This document shows positions 27,035 through 37,348 of a stretch of 64,000 nucleotides of DNA, in pieces. A model generated the notes under the pieces. That model saw nothing but the letters and a program-made list of their open reading frames with translations, ran no database searches and was not told the origin of the DNA. The translations under genes and the position numbers were made by a program. Origin of the DNA: an uncultured archaeon. GTDB taxonomy: Archaea; Aenigmatarchaeota; Aenigmatarchaeia; QMZP01; JACQNV01. Where the stretch lies: positions 52,465 through 116,464 of the forward strand of contig CAYPFW010000003.1 of assembly GCA_964410585.1 (NCBI GenBank), given 5' to 3'. Each line of letters starts with the position of its first letter. Position 1 is the stretch's first letter.

Positions 27035-28603
27035 ATGAAAAAACCAACAAATACCTCTAAAGATAAAACCACTGATTATACTGCATCCAAAACTGTTGTC
27101 AAAGGTGCTGGATTTGTTTTTCTCGGCTTAATTATAGGTAGACTTTTTGGCTATTTTACACGACTTATTATTGCTAGGTATTTAGGGCCATCTGAATATG
27201 GAGTCCTAATTTTAGCACTATCTGTCTTTGGTATCCTATCTGTCATCGCTTCACTAGGGTTTCAGGGAGGCCTACTAAGGTTTATACCAGAATTCCAAGA
27301 GAAAAAACAACAAGGTAAAATAAGACCAGCTGTTTATTATGCGCTTAAAATTGTACTTCCTATATCCTTGATAATCAGCCTAATTTTAATTATAATGTCT
27401 GATTATATTTCGATATTTATTTTTCATAATCCAGAACTGACTCTAATTTTACAGATTATTAGCATTTCGATACCATTCACTGCTATTACATCTATTTTTT
27501 TAGGGACAGTTATGGGACTGAAATATGTTAAATATCGCCTTTATATCGATGACATTGTAAAGCCTGGATCTAGGCTTATACTTGTTTTCAGCGCGTTTAT
27601 TTTAGGGTTTGGATTATTTGGATCTATAATTGCATACACTCTGAGCTTTTTAATTGCAATGCTAGCTGGTTTTTACTTTTTCCTTAAAATAACAAGTGGC
27701 CACCAAAGTCTCAGTTTATCTGAAAAAAGAGGTTTGTTTTCATATTCCTGGCCTCTCATGCTTTCTTCGATTATTTTTATAGTAATGGGTCAGATAGACA
27801 GCCTAATGATTGGCTTTTTTAAAACAAGTTCTGATGTTGGAATATACAACGCAGCACTTCCAACAGTTGATATATTAGTTGTGGTACCCAATGCCCTCAT
27901 GGCCTTATTCTTGCCTGTTATCTCAAGCCTTCATGCTAGAAACAAAATAGGTCAGATAAATGAGCTATATAAAAGGGTTGTTAAGTGGGTTTTAATGATA
28001 TCCTCTCCACTATTCTTTACTTTTATTTTATTCCCAAATCAAATTTTAAACATTCTTTTTGGTATAGATTATTCTAGTGGCGGATTGCCACTTTCTATAT
28101 TAGCAATTGGGTATTTCATCAGCGTTGTTCTTTATCCGTCATATGATATAATTAACCTGTTCAAAAAAACAAAATTTCATCTTTATAATTCCATATTTGC
28201 TGTTTCATTAAACATAATACTAGATTATTTTCTTATACAAACAAATGGTATAGTTGGTGCTGCAATAGCAACTTCTATAACATATAGTATCCTAGGATTT
28301 ACAGCAACACTTGTTGCGTATAAATTCTTTAAATTAAATCCTTATAGGAAAAGTATAATCCGTGTGATAGGAGCAGGTATAATAACAGCATTGATTTTCT
28401 ACACTGTTAAAAGCTTTATCAATTTTAACTTAGTCATGTTCATATCAATTCTTCCAATATTTTTGATTGTATATTGTGGACTCCTGTTGGTTTTTAGAGT
28501 TTTTGATATGGAGGATTTAGCAATATCAGAGGCTATAGAAAAGAAACTCGGGTTCAGAATAGGGCTGACTAAAATTATTAGGAGGTTTTTAAGTAAAATT
28601 TAG
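27035..28603 (+). CDS. Wzx/AglR-type oligosaccharide flippase
   Basis: ARYLGPSEYG, DSLMIG, VGIYNAA, GIVGAAIAT; multi-TM. Confidence 0.9.
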   Translation: MKKPTNTSKDKTTDYTASKTVVKGAGFVFLGLIIGRLFGYFTRLIIARYLGPSEYGVLILALSVFGILSVIASLGFQGGLLRFIPEFQEKKQQGKIRPAVYYALKIVLPISLIISLILIIMSDYISIFIFHNPELTLILQIISISIPFTAITSIFLGTVMGLKYVKYRLYIDDIVKPGSRLILVFSAFILGFGLFGSIIAYTLSFLIAMLAGFYFFLKITSGHQSLSLSEKRGLFSYSWPLMLSSIIFIVMGQIDSLMIGFFKTSSDVGIYNAALPTVDILVVVPNALMALFLPVISSLHARNKIGQINELYKRVVKWVLMISSPLFFTFILFPNQILNILFGIDYSSGGLPLSILAIGYFISVVLYPSYDIINLFKKTKFHLYNSIFAVSLNIILDYFLIQTNGIVGAAIATSITYSILGFTATLVAYKFFKLNPYRKSIIRVIGAGIITALIFYTVKSFINFNLVMFISILPIFLIVYCGLLLVFRVFDMEDLAISEAIEKKLGFRIGLTKIIRRFLSKI

Positions 28604-28630
28604 TTTTAAGTTCAAAAATCAAATAAATTT

Positions 28631-29608
28631 ATGATAAAAAAAATACTTCCCCTATTGGTGTCTTTTTTACTTCTCGGCGGCCTGATACTTTTTTCTGACA
28701 TTAACAAAATCTATCAAACACTATTCAGGATTAATATTTACTTTTTTCTTTGTGCAATTGGATTATGGTTTTTAAGTCACTTAATAAAGATTGTTAGATG
28801 GAACTATTTGCTTGGTGAAAATGGTGTATTTTTAAAGTTTCTTGATTCACTAAAAATATTTACAGCATCAATGTTTATTTCAAACATCACACCTTCAAAA
28901 CTTGGAGAGCCTGTAAGAAGCTTAATTCTAAAAAAAAACCAAGGTGTAAATGTAAGCAAATCGCTACCCTCTATTTTTTTTGAAAGGGTTTTTGATATAG
29001 CATCCCTTATCTTCATATCTGTTATTGCTATGTTTTTCCTGTCTAGAAGTCCACTAACACTTAGATATTGGTTTCTGATATCAATAATTTTCTATGCATT
29101 TTTTATTGGTATAGGGTTTTTTGTATTTACATCAAAAAAAAGATTTTTTTACGTGCTCTCAAAAACATATAAATTGTTTTCATTTTTTCCAAGGGTTAAG
29201 GAGCTAAATAATAGGCTTGAAGACTTTGCTACAAATTTTCATCAATCATTTCTCTCATACAAAAATAAGAGGCTTTATGGAATTGGATTTATGCTATCAT
29301 GCTGCATCTGGATTATAGAAGGTCTTATACTATACATTATTTTTATTTCATTTAACTTGGATGTAACCTTAGCCTCTACATTGTTTATAGTCCCTGTCTC
29401 AACCCTTATAGCTGTTATAAGCCTTCTTCCAGGCGGTATAGGATCCTCTGAAATAATAACTGTTTTGTTTTTTGCATCACTTTTTGGCTTAACATTTACA
29501 GATGTTACAACTGTAACACTTGTAGCAAGAGTAGCAACATTTTGGTCATCAACAATTTTGGGTGCGATATTCCTTTCAAAATTGGACTATAGGCTTTCAA
29601 GTAAATAG
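28631..29608 (+). CDS. Lysylphosphatidylglycerol-synthase TM / AglD2-like putative flippase (UPF0104)
   Basis: RW...NITPSKLGEPVR, ERVFD, LPGGIGSSE. Confidence 0.85.
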   Translation: MIKKILPLLVSFLLLGGLILFSDINKIYQTLFRINIYFFLCAIGLWFLSHLIKIVRWNYLLGENGVFLKFLDSLKIFTASMFISNITPSKLGEPVRSLILKKNQGVNVSKSLPSIFFERVFDIASLIFISVIAMFFLSRSPLTLRYWFLISIIFYAFFIGIGFFVFTSKKRFFYVLSKTYKLFSFFPRVKELNNRLEDFATNFHQSFLSYKNKRLYGIGFMLSCCIWIIEGLILYIIFISFNLDVTLASTLFIVPVSTLIAVISLLPGGIGSSEIITVLFFASLFGLTFTDVTTVTLVARVATFWSSTILGAIFLSKLDYRLSSK

Positions 29609-31027
29609 AGAGTATATTCTAAACCTATTAGTTTCAAATAAAAGAACAAGTTGGAGCTTCATATCGTAGGTTATTATATATCTAGTTTTGTTCTGTTTTG
29701 CAATCTCTACAATGCCCCTTTCATTTTTCAGCATATAATAATCAGCAAGTTCTTTGTACAGACCTCTATTGGGAAAACTTAGAGGCATTAATCCTGTTGT
29801 AAAAAAATCACTATTTGAAAAGTAAACAGGTCTTTTTGACCATGACCTTATAGCACCCCAATCAGGCGGTATTAGAAGGGTCTCATTCTTTTCCAAGTTT
29901 TTGTCTATCCACATGCTCAATTTTATCACATCGGCAATTTCACTGGAGTATACAGACTGATTTTTAGTTATCCCATTAAAGACAGTCGAATAGTATAAAC
30001 TGCTGAAATACAAAAGAAGTATTAAAAATACACCTATGGCGGCGATTTTTTTCCTTTCAAATAAGTACGAAACACAAAAAGATGAAAATATAAATGAAAA
30101 GAAAATCACATACTTAATTGATCTATAGAAGGTTGCTAGAAGGATTTTTTCACTAAAAATTCCACCTAAACTTAGGAGAGAATAAAATGTTATCAGAACC
30201 AACCACAAAAATATTTCCTTATTCTTCCTATATGAAAGGATAAATCCTATAATTATAATCGGTATATACTTCGCTATGGTCAAAAAACCATTAAACAAAT
30301 TGGCGTATGGTATCACTTGAATGACATCGGGATCTATTTGGCTTGAACCCAGACCAGTTAGAAATATGAACGGTATAACCAAAACAGAAAAAATAATCAA
30401 GAATTTTATAAAAGAAACATATTCTTTTTTTGATATATATGAATAAAAAAATATAATCGCTATAGGTACGACGCTAAAAACATGAAAATATGATAATATT
30501 CCTAATCCAACAAAACATGGAATTGAGTATTTTTTTCTATCCTTTAAAAATAGGTAGAGTATGAGCGGCATAAATGCAAAGGCAAAGTTTTTTGGCACAA
30601 CTTCGCTTATACCAATTTCATCAGCCCCCATAAAGTGCGTGAATGCTAGAATGGCAGTTGACAAAAGAGCCAAATTGTTCTTTTTCAATATATATCGGCT
30701 TAAGAGGAAAACAGAGAAAATAAAAACTATTTTTAGGAATAAAAGCAATAAAAAATAGGTTAGAAACATGCTAGATGAAATATTATATAAAAAGGCCACA
30801 AATGGAAACAAAAGACTAGGATATATCTTAAGGTACTCACTTATTAGGAGATCATTGGAGAAAAATCCATCATTAGAGAGATAATATGCAGCAGGTATTT
30901 GTATCATTTGGTCATTGTTTTCCCAATTGCCTTGTATTGGTGTTAAAGAATAGTTAGCGAACTTGAATTCTAGAATCGAAGAAAAAATTATTAATATACA
31001 AATGGCTATTATGATCTTATTTTTCAT
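29597..31027 (-). CDS. Multi-pass membrane protein, probable GT-C glycosyltransferase
   Basis: Many TMs, acidic first loop, soluble C-terminal domain (WIDKNL...LIPP...RSWSKRP). Confidence 0.6.
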   Translation of the reverse strand: MKNKIIIAICILIIFSSILEFKFANYSLTPIQGNWENNDQMIQIPAAYYLSNDGFFSNDLLISEYLKIYPSLLFPFVAFLYNISSSMFLTYFLLLLFLKIVFIFSVFLLSRYILKKNNLALLSTAILAFTHFMGADEIGISEVVPKNFAFAFMPLILYLFLKDRKKYSIPCFVGLGILSYFHVFSVVPIAIIFFYSYISKKEYVSFIKFLIIFSVLVIPFIFLTGLGSSQIDPDVIQVIPYANLFNGFLTIAKYIPIIIIGFILSYRKNKEIFLWLVLITFYSLLSLGGIFSEKILLATFYRSIKYVIFFSFIFSSFCVSYLFERKKIAAIGVFLILLLYFSSLYYSTVFNGITKNQSVYSSEIADVIKLSMWIDKNLEKNETLLIPPDWGAIRSWSKRPVYFSNSDFFTTGLMPLSFPNRGLYKELADYYMLKNERGIVEIAKQNKTRYIITYDMKLQLVLLFETNRFRIYSLFT

Positions 31028-32321
31028 AATTTAGATATTTTTTAACTTCTTCTGCTGTTTCAAAACCAGATTCTGCTGCTACTCCAGTAGAAGGCATTTT
31101 TGGATAGGTACAGTATATTCCAGCCAAAAACAAACCTCTGATAGGGGTTATAGGCCCTGGCATATACTTGCTGTACTCTTTATCATATATAGGCCACGCA
31201 AGGTTGCTTTTTGTGATATTTTCATGTTTAATAAGTTCTTTTATTTTTGGATTTATTTTTTTAAGAGAGTTCATATAACATTCAGATATACTCCTTTCTG
31301 TTTTTTCCCACAGATCATTATTTTCATTCAGATATGTAAAAACATATAATATCGTACCATCAACCTTTCCTGAGTATATCTTAAGATCGTGTTGTAAAAT
31401 GCCGCCAAAAGGCCAATCACCATAACAAAAATTCACCCAATCAAAATCTTTAATTGGTTTTTTATCTAATATGTAAAAAGCATTAATTATATATTTGTAT
31501 TTTATTTTAGAAATTTGATTGGCAAAATCAGCTGGCAGACTAACAAGCCTCGGAAGAATTGGGGTAGGTAATGTACTCACTACAACATCTGCTTCTATAA
31601 ACTCCGTTCTTTTATTTTTCTCTATTTCCACCCCCAAAACTTTATTGTTCTTTGAAATTATTCGCTTTACATCCGCCTCAATTATGAATTTTCCAGAGTT
31701 TTTTTCAACAGAATTTCTAATCGCATCTATTATTGTATCGAATCCCCCTTGAACAAAACCATACTTTTCTCCACCCCTAACAGTATCAACAAGCCTATTA
31801 TATAGCCACGATGCTGAGACATCCTCAAGTGTTTGATTAAATTTAATTTTAGATAGTGGTTCGAACAAATTATTGCAGATGTTTTTGCTTGCAGATTTCG
31901 TTAGCCATTTTTTTGCACTTTGACCTTCTAGGTTTTTTTGCTTCTTTAGTCGCAATTTCAGTGCAAAAATTCCAAATCTTATCCTGTCTAAAAATGGAAG
32001 CGGTTTAAATTTCAGTAGATCTATAGGATTTGCTATACCGTAAATTTTACTGTTAAAAAAAAATCCCATTCTTATGTTTTCCCATCTAAGTTTATTTTCT
32101 AGACCTAAAATCCTTATTATATACAAAAGCGTTTTGTCTGTGCTTAGAATCCAGTGAGATCCCCACGGAATTTTTATATTTTTATAGTCCTTACTTGCAA
32201 CAACTCCACCCAAATTAGACTGCTTTTCAACCACTGTTACATCATAATCTTTTGATAGTTTTAAAGCACAACCCAAACCAGCAAAACCAGCTCCGAGTAT
32301 TATAACTTTTTTTTTAACCAT
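31017..32321 (-). CDS. FAD-dependent oxidoreductase (amine oxidase/protoporphyrinogen oxidase-like)
   Basis: ILGAGFAGL, VEK...GG, GSH, LFLAG...ESG. Confidence 0.85.
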   Translation of the reverse strand: MVKKKVIILGAGFAGLGCALKLSKDYDVTVVEKQSNLGGVVASKDYKNIKIPWGSHWILSTDKTLLYIIRILGLENKLRWENIRMGFFFNSKIYGIANPIDLLKFKPLPFLDRIRFGIFALKLRLKKQKNLEGQSAKKWLTKSASKNICNNLFEPLSKIKFNQTLEDVSASWLYNRLVDTVRGGEKYGFVQGGFDTIIDAIRNSVEKNSGKFIIEADVKRIISKNNKVLGVEIEKNKRTEFIEADVVVSTLPTPILPRLVSLPADFANQISKIKYKYIINAFYILDKKPIKDFDWVNFCYGDWPFGGILQHDLKIYSGKVDGTILYVFTYLNENNDLWEKTERSISECYMNSLKKINPKIKELIKHENITKSNLAWPIYDKEYSKYMPGPITPIRGLFLAGIYCTYPKMPSTGVAAESGFETAEEVKKYLNYEK

Positions 32322-32381
32322 ATTGTAGCATAAACTTTTTTGTATATATCCTTAATCCTATGTTAATATTGGTTTCCCATG

Positions 32382-33845
32382 TCAGCTGTTTTCGTATTTT
32401 TTAAATAAGTAAAATTTCTCAGATGTGACAAAAACTTCATTATTTTTTATGCAGTAATTAAGTATACTCAATGTTTTCATTTTCTCTTCACAAGTGAATG
32501 TTTTTACAACAATCGGGGTTATGTCAAAATGCAAATTGACTAAGCCTCTTATAAGATCTTCTTGCTCTAACATAAGTAAGCTTTTGCCGGGATTCTGCTT
32601 AAGTAGGTTATCAAATGAACCTAGAATCTGGTTTTCGTGCTGAGTTTTTGTATATTGGGAGTAAATACTTAGTGAACCAATTGATAGAATTACAAGAAGT
32701 AAGTAAACTATAATGATTTTTTTCCATTTATTTTGGAATAAATTAAGTGAGCTTGCTAAAACTATTGAGAGAAATGGCATGCCAGCAAGCATATATCGTG
32801 CTGCTGTGTTGCTAGCCATAATTGGTGCCTGAACTAATCCATGTAACAAAAAAAGTATAGGAAGGGGTAATAAAATCAGAAATAATTTTCTTTGCCTATA
32901 AGCAGCATATAAAAACAGAGAATAAATTGGAAGGAAAAAAACGCTCAAGGTAAACCTTACCAGCTCTACAAAGTTTCCATTGAGCGTAAGAAGAGAAGAT
33001 TCTATAGCCCCTCTTCCCAATGGTAGACCAAAACTCTGTTGATATGCGTCTATAGCCCTTTGCATATGTGTATCAATCGGCGTGGAAAACATATACTCTA
33101 AGGAAAAACTGCTTATACGCGGATCAGGGTGATAGAGGAGAGTCCCATGGATTTCTAGATTTCTAATATATATCCACCCACTGATAACCAGGACGCCCAA
33201 TATCATTACACCCAATAATTTGAATTTTTGTTTGCGATCTGTTTTTAGTAAAAATATCATAAGAATTAGGCCTGCTATGGAAATAATGGACTGATACCTT
33301 GTCATCATTAAAAGTCCGGAAAGGGCAAACAACAGAGGATATGTAAACTTATTTTGGTTTTTGATTATGATCCAAGCAGCGGCTATTGTAAGAAACAATA
33401 GGAGTCCTTCATGCATATTTCCAAGAGAAATTGCTATTGTCGGTGTTAAGAAACTGAAAAATCCATATGTTATTATTTTTTGGATCTGAGAGAGTTTATA
33501 CAGTCTTGCTATTTTGGAAAGTATAAATAAAGTGGATGCAAAAATCAGAACACTAAATGCTTTTGAAAGTATGATGAAATAGCTAGGTAGGGTTTTATAG
33601 ATAAGGGCATTTATCCAGTAAAGGAGGGGGCCATAATAGGGTATGAAACTCATCACTGGCTCTTTTTCTGGAAAGATGTTGTTTGAAATGGCTATATTCT
33701 TTGCTATTAGAAGGAAAGGTACTTCCTCACCTATTCTATAGGTGGGTGCCATTGTAAAAAGCATGAAAATTCTACTAATTATTATTAAAATAAGGAAGGC
33801 AGTTACTGGGTTTTGTTTTATTTTTAACAGAAAACTGTTATTCAT
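32382..33845 (-). CDS. GT-C fold membrane glycosyltransferase
   Basis: GEE after TM1; YYGPLLY; WIYIRNL..HG; ARY motif; many TMs. Confidence 0.7.
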   Translation of the reverse strand: MNNSFLLKIKQNPVTAFLILIIISRIFMLFTMAPTYRIGEEVPFLLIAKNIAISNNIFPEKEPVMSFIPYYGPLLYWINALIYKTLPSYFIILSKAFSVLIFASTLFILSKIARLYKLSQIQKIITYGFFSFLTPTIAISLGNMHEGLLLFLTIAAAWIIIKNQNKFTYPLLFALSGLLMMTRYQSIISIAGLILMIFLLKTDRKQKFKLLGVMILGVLVISGWIYIRNLEIHGTLLYHPDPRISSFSLEYMFSTPIDTHMQRAIDAYQQSFGLPLGRGAIESSLLTLNGNFVELVRFTLSVFFLPIYSLFLYAAYRQRKLFLILLPLPILFLLHGLVQAPIMASNTAARYMLAGMPFLSIVLASSLNLFQNKWKKIIIVYLLLVILSIGSLSIYSQYTKTQHENQILGSFDNLLKQNPGKSLLMLEQEDLIRGLVNLHFDITPIVVKTFTCEEKMKTLSILNYCIKNNEVFVTSEKFYLFKKYENS

Positions 33846-33874
33846 AGTTCATTTGAGACATGTGGGTATAAAAA

Positions 33875-34825
33875 TTAGACCCCAAGTTCTTTTTTCCACC
33901 AATTTAAAGTCTCATTTAAACCGCTGTCTAGCTCTATTTTTGGTTTATAACCAAACGAATTAAAAGCTTTTGATATGTCTGGTATACACCTTTTGAAATC
34001 AGCTGTCCTTTGGGGACCAAAAATAGGCTCTAATTTTTTTCCAGAAAGTTTTATCAATAGTTTTGCAAGATCTACTACACTTATTTCTTTCCCATAACCT
34101 ATATTATAAACCTCACCATTTGTATTTTTACTTTCTGCAGCGAGCAAATTAGCATTTACCACATCAGAAACATGGACAAAGTCTCTTGTTTGCTTACCAT
34201 CACCAAAGATTATTGGGTTTTCATTACTAAGAATTTTCTTAATGAAAATTGGAATTACTCCGCTTTCTGATTTTTCCGATCTTTGACCAGCACCATAAAT
34301 ATTTGTATATCGAAGTCTAACTGTATTCAATCCATATGCCTCAAAAAAACACATACAATAGGCCTCAACTGCAAATTTTGCAGCAGCGTAAGGAGAAACC
34401 AATTGTACAGGGTGCTTCTCATCAATAGGTAAATATTTCGGGTTAAAATAAACATTGGTCGAAGCAAAAAGAAATTTTTTAACATCACACTGTCTTGCTA
34501 CATCTAGCATGCTAAAGCCACCATTTACGTTTATATCAAAATCAAAATCTGGTTCCTGGACAGCCTTCGCTGGATTTATTTGGGCAGCCTCGTGGAAGAC
34601 TATATCTATGTCACTACAAACCCTTTTAACAAGACCTTTGTCTCTAATGTCTCCTTCGATCAGTTTGACATTTTTACTTTTCAGTAAATGTTCAACATTT
34701 TCCCTAAAACCTGATAAGAAATTATCCAAGAGTATTATATCGTTATTTTCATACAGCTTTTCTGCTATATGAGACCCAACAAAACCTGCACCGCCAGTTA
34801 TTAGTATTTTTTTGTCCTTTATCAT
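33875..34825 (-). CDS. NAD-dependent NDP-sugar epimerase/dehydratase (GalE/WbpP-like)
   Basis: TGGAGFVG, YAAAK, GDGKQTRDF. Confidence 0.9.
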   Translation of the reverse strand: MIKDKKILITGGAGFVGSHIAEKLYENNDIILLDNFLSGFRENVEHLLKSKNVKLIEGDIRDKGLVKRVCSDIDIVFHEAAQINPAKAVQEPDFDFDINVNGGFSMLDVARQCDVKKFLFASTNVYFNPKYLPIDEKHPVQLVSPYAAAKFAVEAYCMCFFEAYGLNTVRLRYTNIYGAGQRSEKSESGVIPIFIKKILSNENPIIFGDGKQTRDFVHVSDVVNANLLAAESKNTNGEVYNIGYGKEISVVDLAKLLIKLSGKKLEPIFGPQRTADFKRCIPDISKAFNSFGYKPKIELDSGLNETLNWWKKELGV

Positions 34826-34829
34826 ATAT

Positions 34830-35549
34830 TCAGAGTCTTATTCCACATCTTAGTTTGAATAAAGTAACTATTTCCTTTGTATAATCTTTCAGTGGATTCA
34901 TTTTTGAAACTCCAAACTTTCTTTTGGTTAGGGTCATTGGAACCTCTGTTATTTTATAACCCCGTTTCCTTGCTTTTACCACCATTTCTGGCAAGATATT
35001 AAAGCTATTCGATTTTAAGTCTAGACTGTTTACAACATCTCTTTTTACACCTCTAAAACCGTTTGTCACATCCTTAATTGGCATATTAAACAGTACTCTT
35101 ATCAAAAGCCTACTCATATCGCTGACTAACCTTCTATACCAAACAACATCAACCATTTTTCCGCCTTCTATGTATCTAGAACCAATAACGATGTCATAAC
35201 CACCATTTATCGTTTCCAAAAATTTCAATATCTCGTTTGGATTGTGGGTAAGATCTGCATCCATAGTGGATACAATGCGTCCATATGCATTTCTATATCC
35301 AGTTTTAAGCGCGGCACCAAAGCCCATGTTTTTCCCGTGGTGGATGACTCTTATGAAATCATTTTTTCCCCTTTCCCCTTCCAAAATTTTATCACTACCA
35401 TCTGTGCTACCATCGTTAACCAACAAAACCTCTGTTTTATATTTCCATTTTTTAATAGTTTTTTTGAGATTAGATATAAGGTAACATATATTTTCTTTTT
35501 CATTAAAAACAGGAATTACAATAGTTAAATCCAGTTTAGTTTTGTCCAT
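34830..35549 (-). CDS. GT2 dolichol-phosphate sugar synthase-like
   Basis: IPVFNE, NDGSTD, MDADLTH, DVTNGFR; start MDKTK. Confidence 0.9.
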   Translation of the reverse strand: MDKTKLDLTIVIPVFNEKENICYLISNLKKTIKKWKYKTEVLLVNDGSTDGSDKILEGERGKNDFIRVIHHGKNMGFGAALKTGYRNAYGRIVSTMDADLTHNPNEILKFLETINGGYDIVIGSRYIEGGKMVDVVWYRRLVSDMSRLLIRVLFNMPIKDVTNGFRGVKRDVVNSLDLKSNSFNILPEMVVKARKRGYKITEVPMTLTKRKFGVSKMNPLKDYTKEIVTLFKLRCGIRL

Positions 35550-35676
35550 ATAAATCCATAATAATGGTTGCCAGTTTAAAAACCTGATAGTGTTGAGTAG
35601 CAAACAGCTGCAACGGATCAATAGATTTAGACTACGCTATTTAAATCTATAGGCATATACAAGATAATAAAGTTTT

Positions 35677-36633
35677 ATGTATAATCTTAGAAATAAATCG
35701 GTGCTTGTAACAGGCGGATCAGGATTTATAGGATCTCATCTAACTGAAAGATTAGTCCATGAAGGTGCTAGTGTTCATGTTATAACAAGATCAGAATCTT
35801 CAGATAATTTGAAGTTTGTAAAGGACAAGATTTTTTTACATGTAGCTGATATTTGTGATAGGGAACACATCACTAAACTAATTAGAGAAATAAAACCAAA
35901 AAAAATTTATCATTTGGCAGCATCTTTAAAGAGAGATCGGGATCCCAAAATTATAGACCATGTGATGAATATCAATTTTCATGGAACACTTAATTTATTG
36001 GATGCTGTTAAAGCTTCAGATCTAGAAAGCTTTGTTTTTACTAGCACATCTGATGTTTATGGATCTAATAAATCCCCTTTTTATGAGGAGCAACAGATAG
36101 ACCCAATAAACCCATATTCATTGTCAAAGGCTGCAGCAGAACTTACATGCAAAATGTATTTCAAAACATTTGGCGTTCCTATTGTTATTTTGAGACCGTT
36201 TCTAACATACGGACCAAGACAAAAGCCAAATTTGCTGATACCAGAGATAATAATGTCAGCACTCAAGAAGAAAGAATTTAGAATGACAAAGGGCGAGCAG
36301 CAAAGGGATATTAATTTCATTGATGACCTTGTTGAAGCTTTAATTAAATCATCAGTAAGTAAAGAGGCTATAGGTGAAACTCTAAATATAGGCAGTGGGA
36401 ACAAATATAAAATAGTAGATATAGTTGAAACAATTTTAGATATAATGGGAAATCCAATAGAACCAAATGTGGGAGCACTGCCTTATAGAGAAAATGAAGT
36501 TTGGGAAATGTATTGCGATAATACAAAGGCTAAAAAAGTTCTTGGATGGGAACCCAAAACAAACCTAACAGATGGTCTAAAAAAGACAATTAAATGGTAT
36601 GAAGAAAATTATATATCAACTAAATATGATTAA
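35677..36633 (+). CDS. NAD-dependent NDP-sugar epimerase/reductase (SDR)
   Basis: TGGSGFIG, YSLSK, YGPRQ, GEQQRD. Confidence 0.88.
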   Translation: MYNLRNKSVLVTGGSGFIGSHLTERLVHEGASVHVITRSESSDNLKFVKDKIFLHVADICDREHITKLIREIKPKKIYHLAASLKRDRDPKIIDHVMNINFHGTLNLLDAVKASDLESFVFTSTSDVYGSNKSPFYEEQQIDPINPYSLSKAAAELTCKMYFKTFGVPIVILRPFLTYGPRQKPNLLIPEIIMSALKKKEFRMTKGEQQRDINFIDDLVEALIKSSVSKEAIGETLNIGSGNKYKIVDIVETILDIMGNPIEPNVGALPYRENEVWEMYCDNTKAKKVLGWEPKTNLTDGLKKTIKWYEENYISTKYD

Positions 36634-37315
36634 CAAATCTATATTTTATTATATTCTTCAAAAACTCTAGAGCTGTTGTAATTTTTACAGCAGATTTTCC
36701 GTGCTCCCTGTGTTTCTCTTTTACATGTATTTTACAAGTTTTAACTTTTCTTTTATAAACATTTATACAAAATTCAGTATCAATAAACCAATCTTTCGAG
36801 GTCAGAGTAAATGATTTGTAGAGCTGTCTAGTTATCATTTTCGGTTTAGAGTTAACATCATAAAAATTTTTCAAGAACAGGGTATCTAATAAAATATTAT
36901 AAATGAAAGATTCTATACGCCTTACTATGCTTTGTCCCCTATTGTCTCTTTGTGAAAAACCAACAACAGACTTTGTATCAATCATTTTTTTAAATAGTGT
37001 ATAAAAATAGTTGCTATCTATTGTATTATCACCGTCTATCCATCCTATTATTTTTCCTTTGGCAGCATTCATTCCAAATGTTATCCCATATCCATAGCCT
37101 AAATTATTTTTAATATCTACTAAAACTACCCTACTGTCTCTGCGTCTCAAATTCTTTATTATCTCCTTTGTCCTATCGCGCGATCCGTTATTAACCATTA
37201 TTAACTCATACGATATTGATTCCCCAAGAGATTTTTTAATATCTTTGTATAATTTTTCTATATTATTTTCTTCATTGAAAAATGGAATAACTAGAGATAA
37301 ATCTAAACTTTTCAT
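36620..37315 (-). CDS. GT2 dolichol-phosphate sugar synthase-like
   Basis: IPFFNEE, NNGSRD, IDGD. Confidence 0.88.
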   Translation of the reverse strand: MKSLDLSLVIPFFNEENNIEKLYKDIKKSLGESISYELIMVNNGSRDRTKEIIKNLRRRDSRVVLVDIKNNLGYGYGITFGMNAAKGKIIGWIDGDNTIDSNYFYTLFKKMIDTKSVVGFSQRDNRGQSIVRRIESFIYNILLDTLFLKNFYDVNSKPKMITRQLYKSFTLTSKDWFIDTEFCINVYKRKVKTCKIHVKEKHREHGKSAVKITTALEFLKNIIKYRFVNHI

Positions 37316-37348
37316 ATTATAAATAAACCAATTAATTGGCTTATATAT

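Noticed and set aside
32306-32316. Homopolymer tracts as phase-variation switches (A9 near the flavoprotein start; C7 near 52351)
   Set aside because: Such runs are expected in this AT-rich sequence, and all frames are intact
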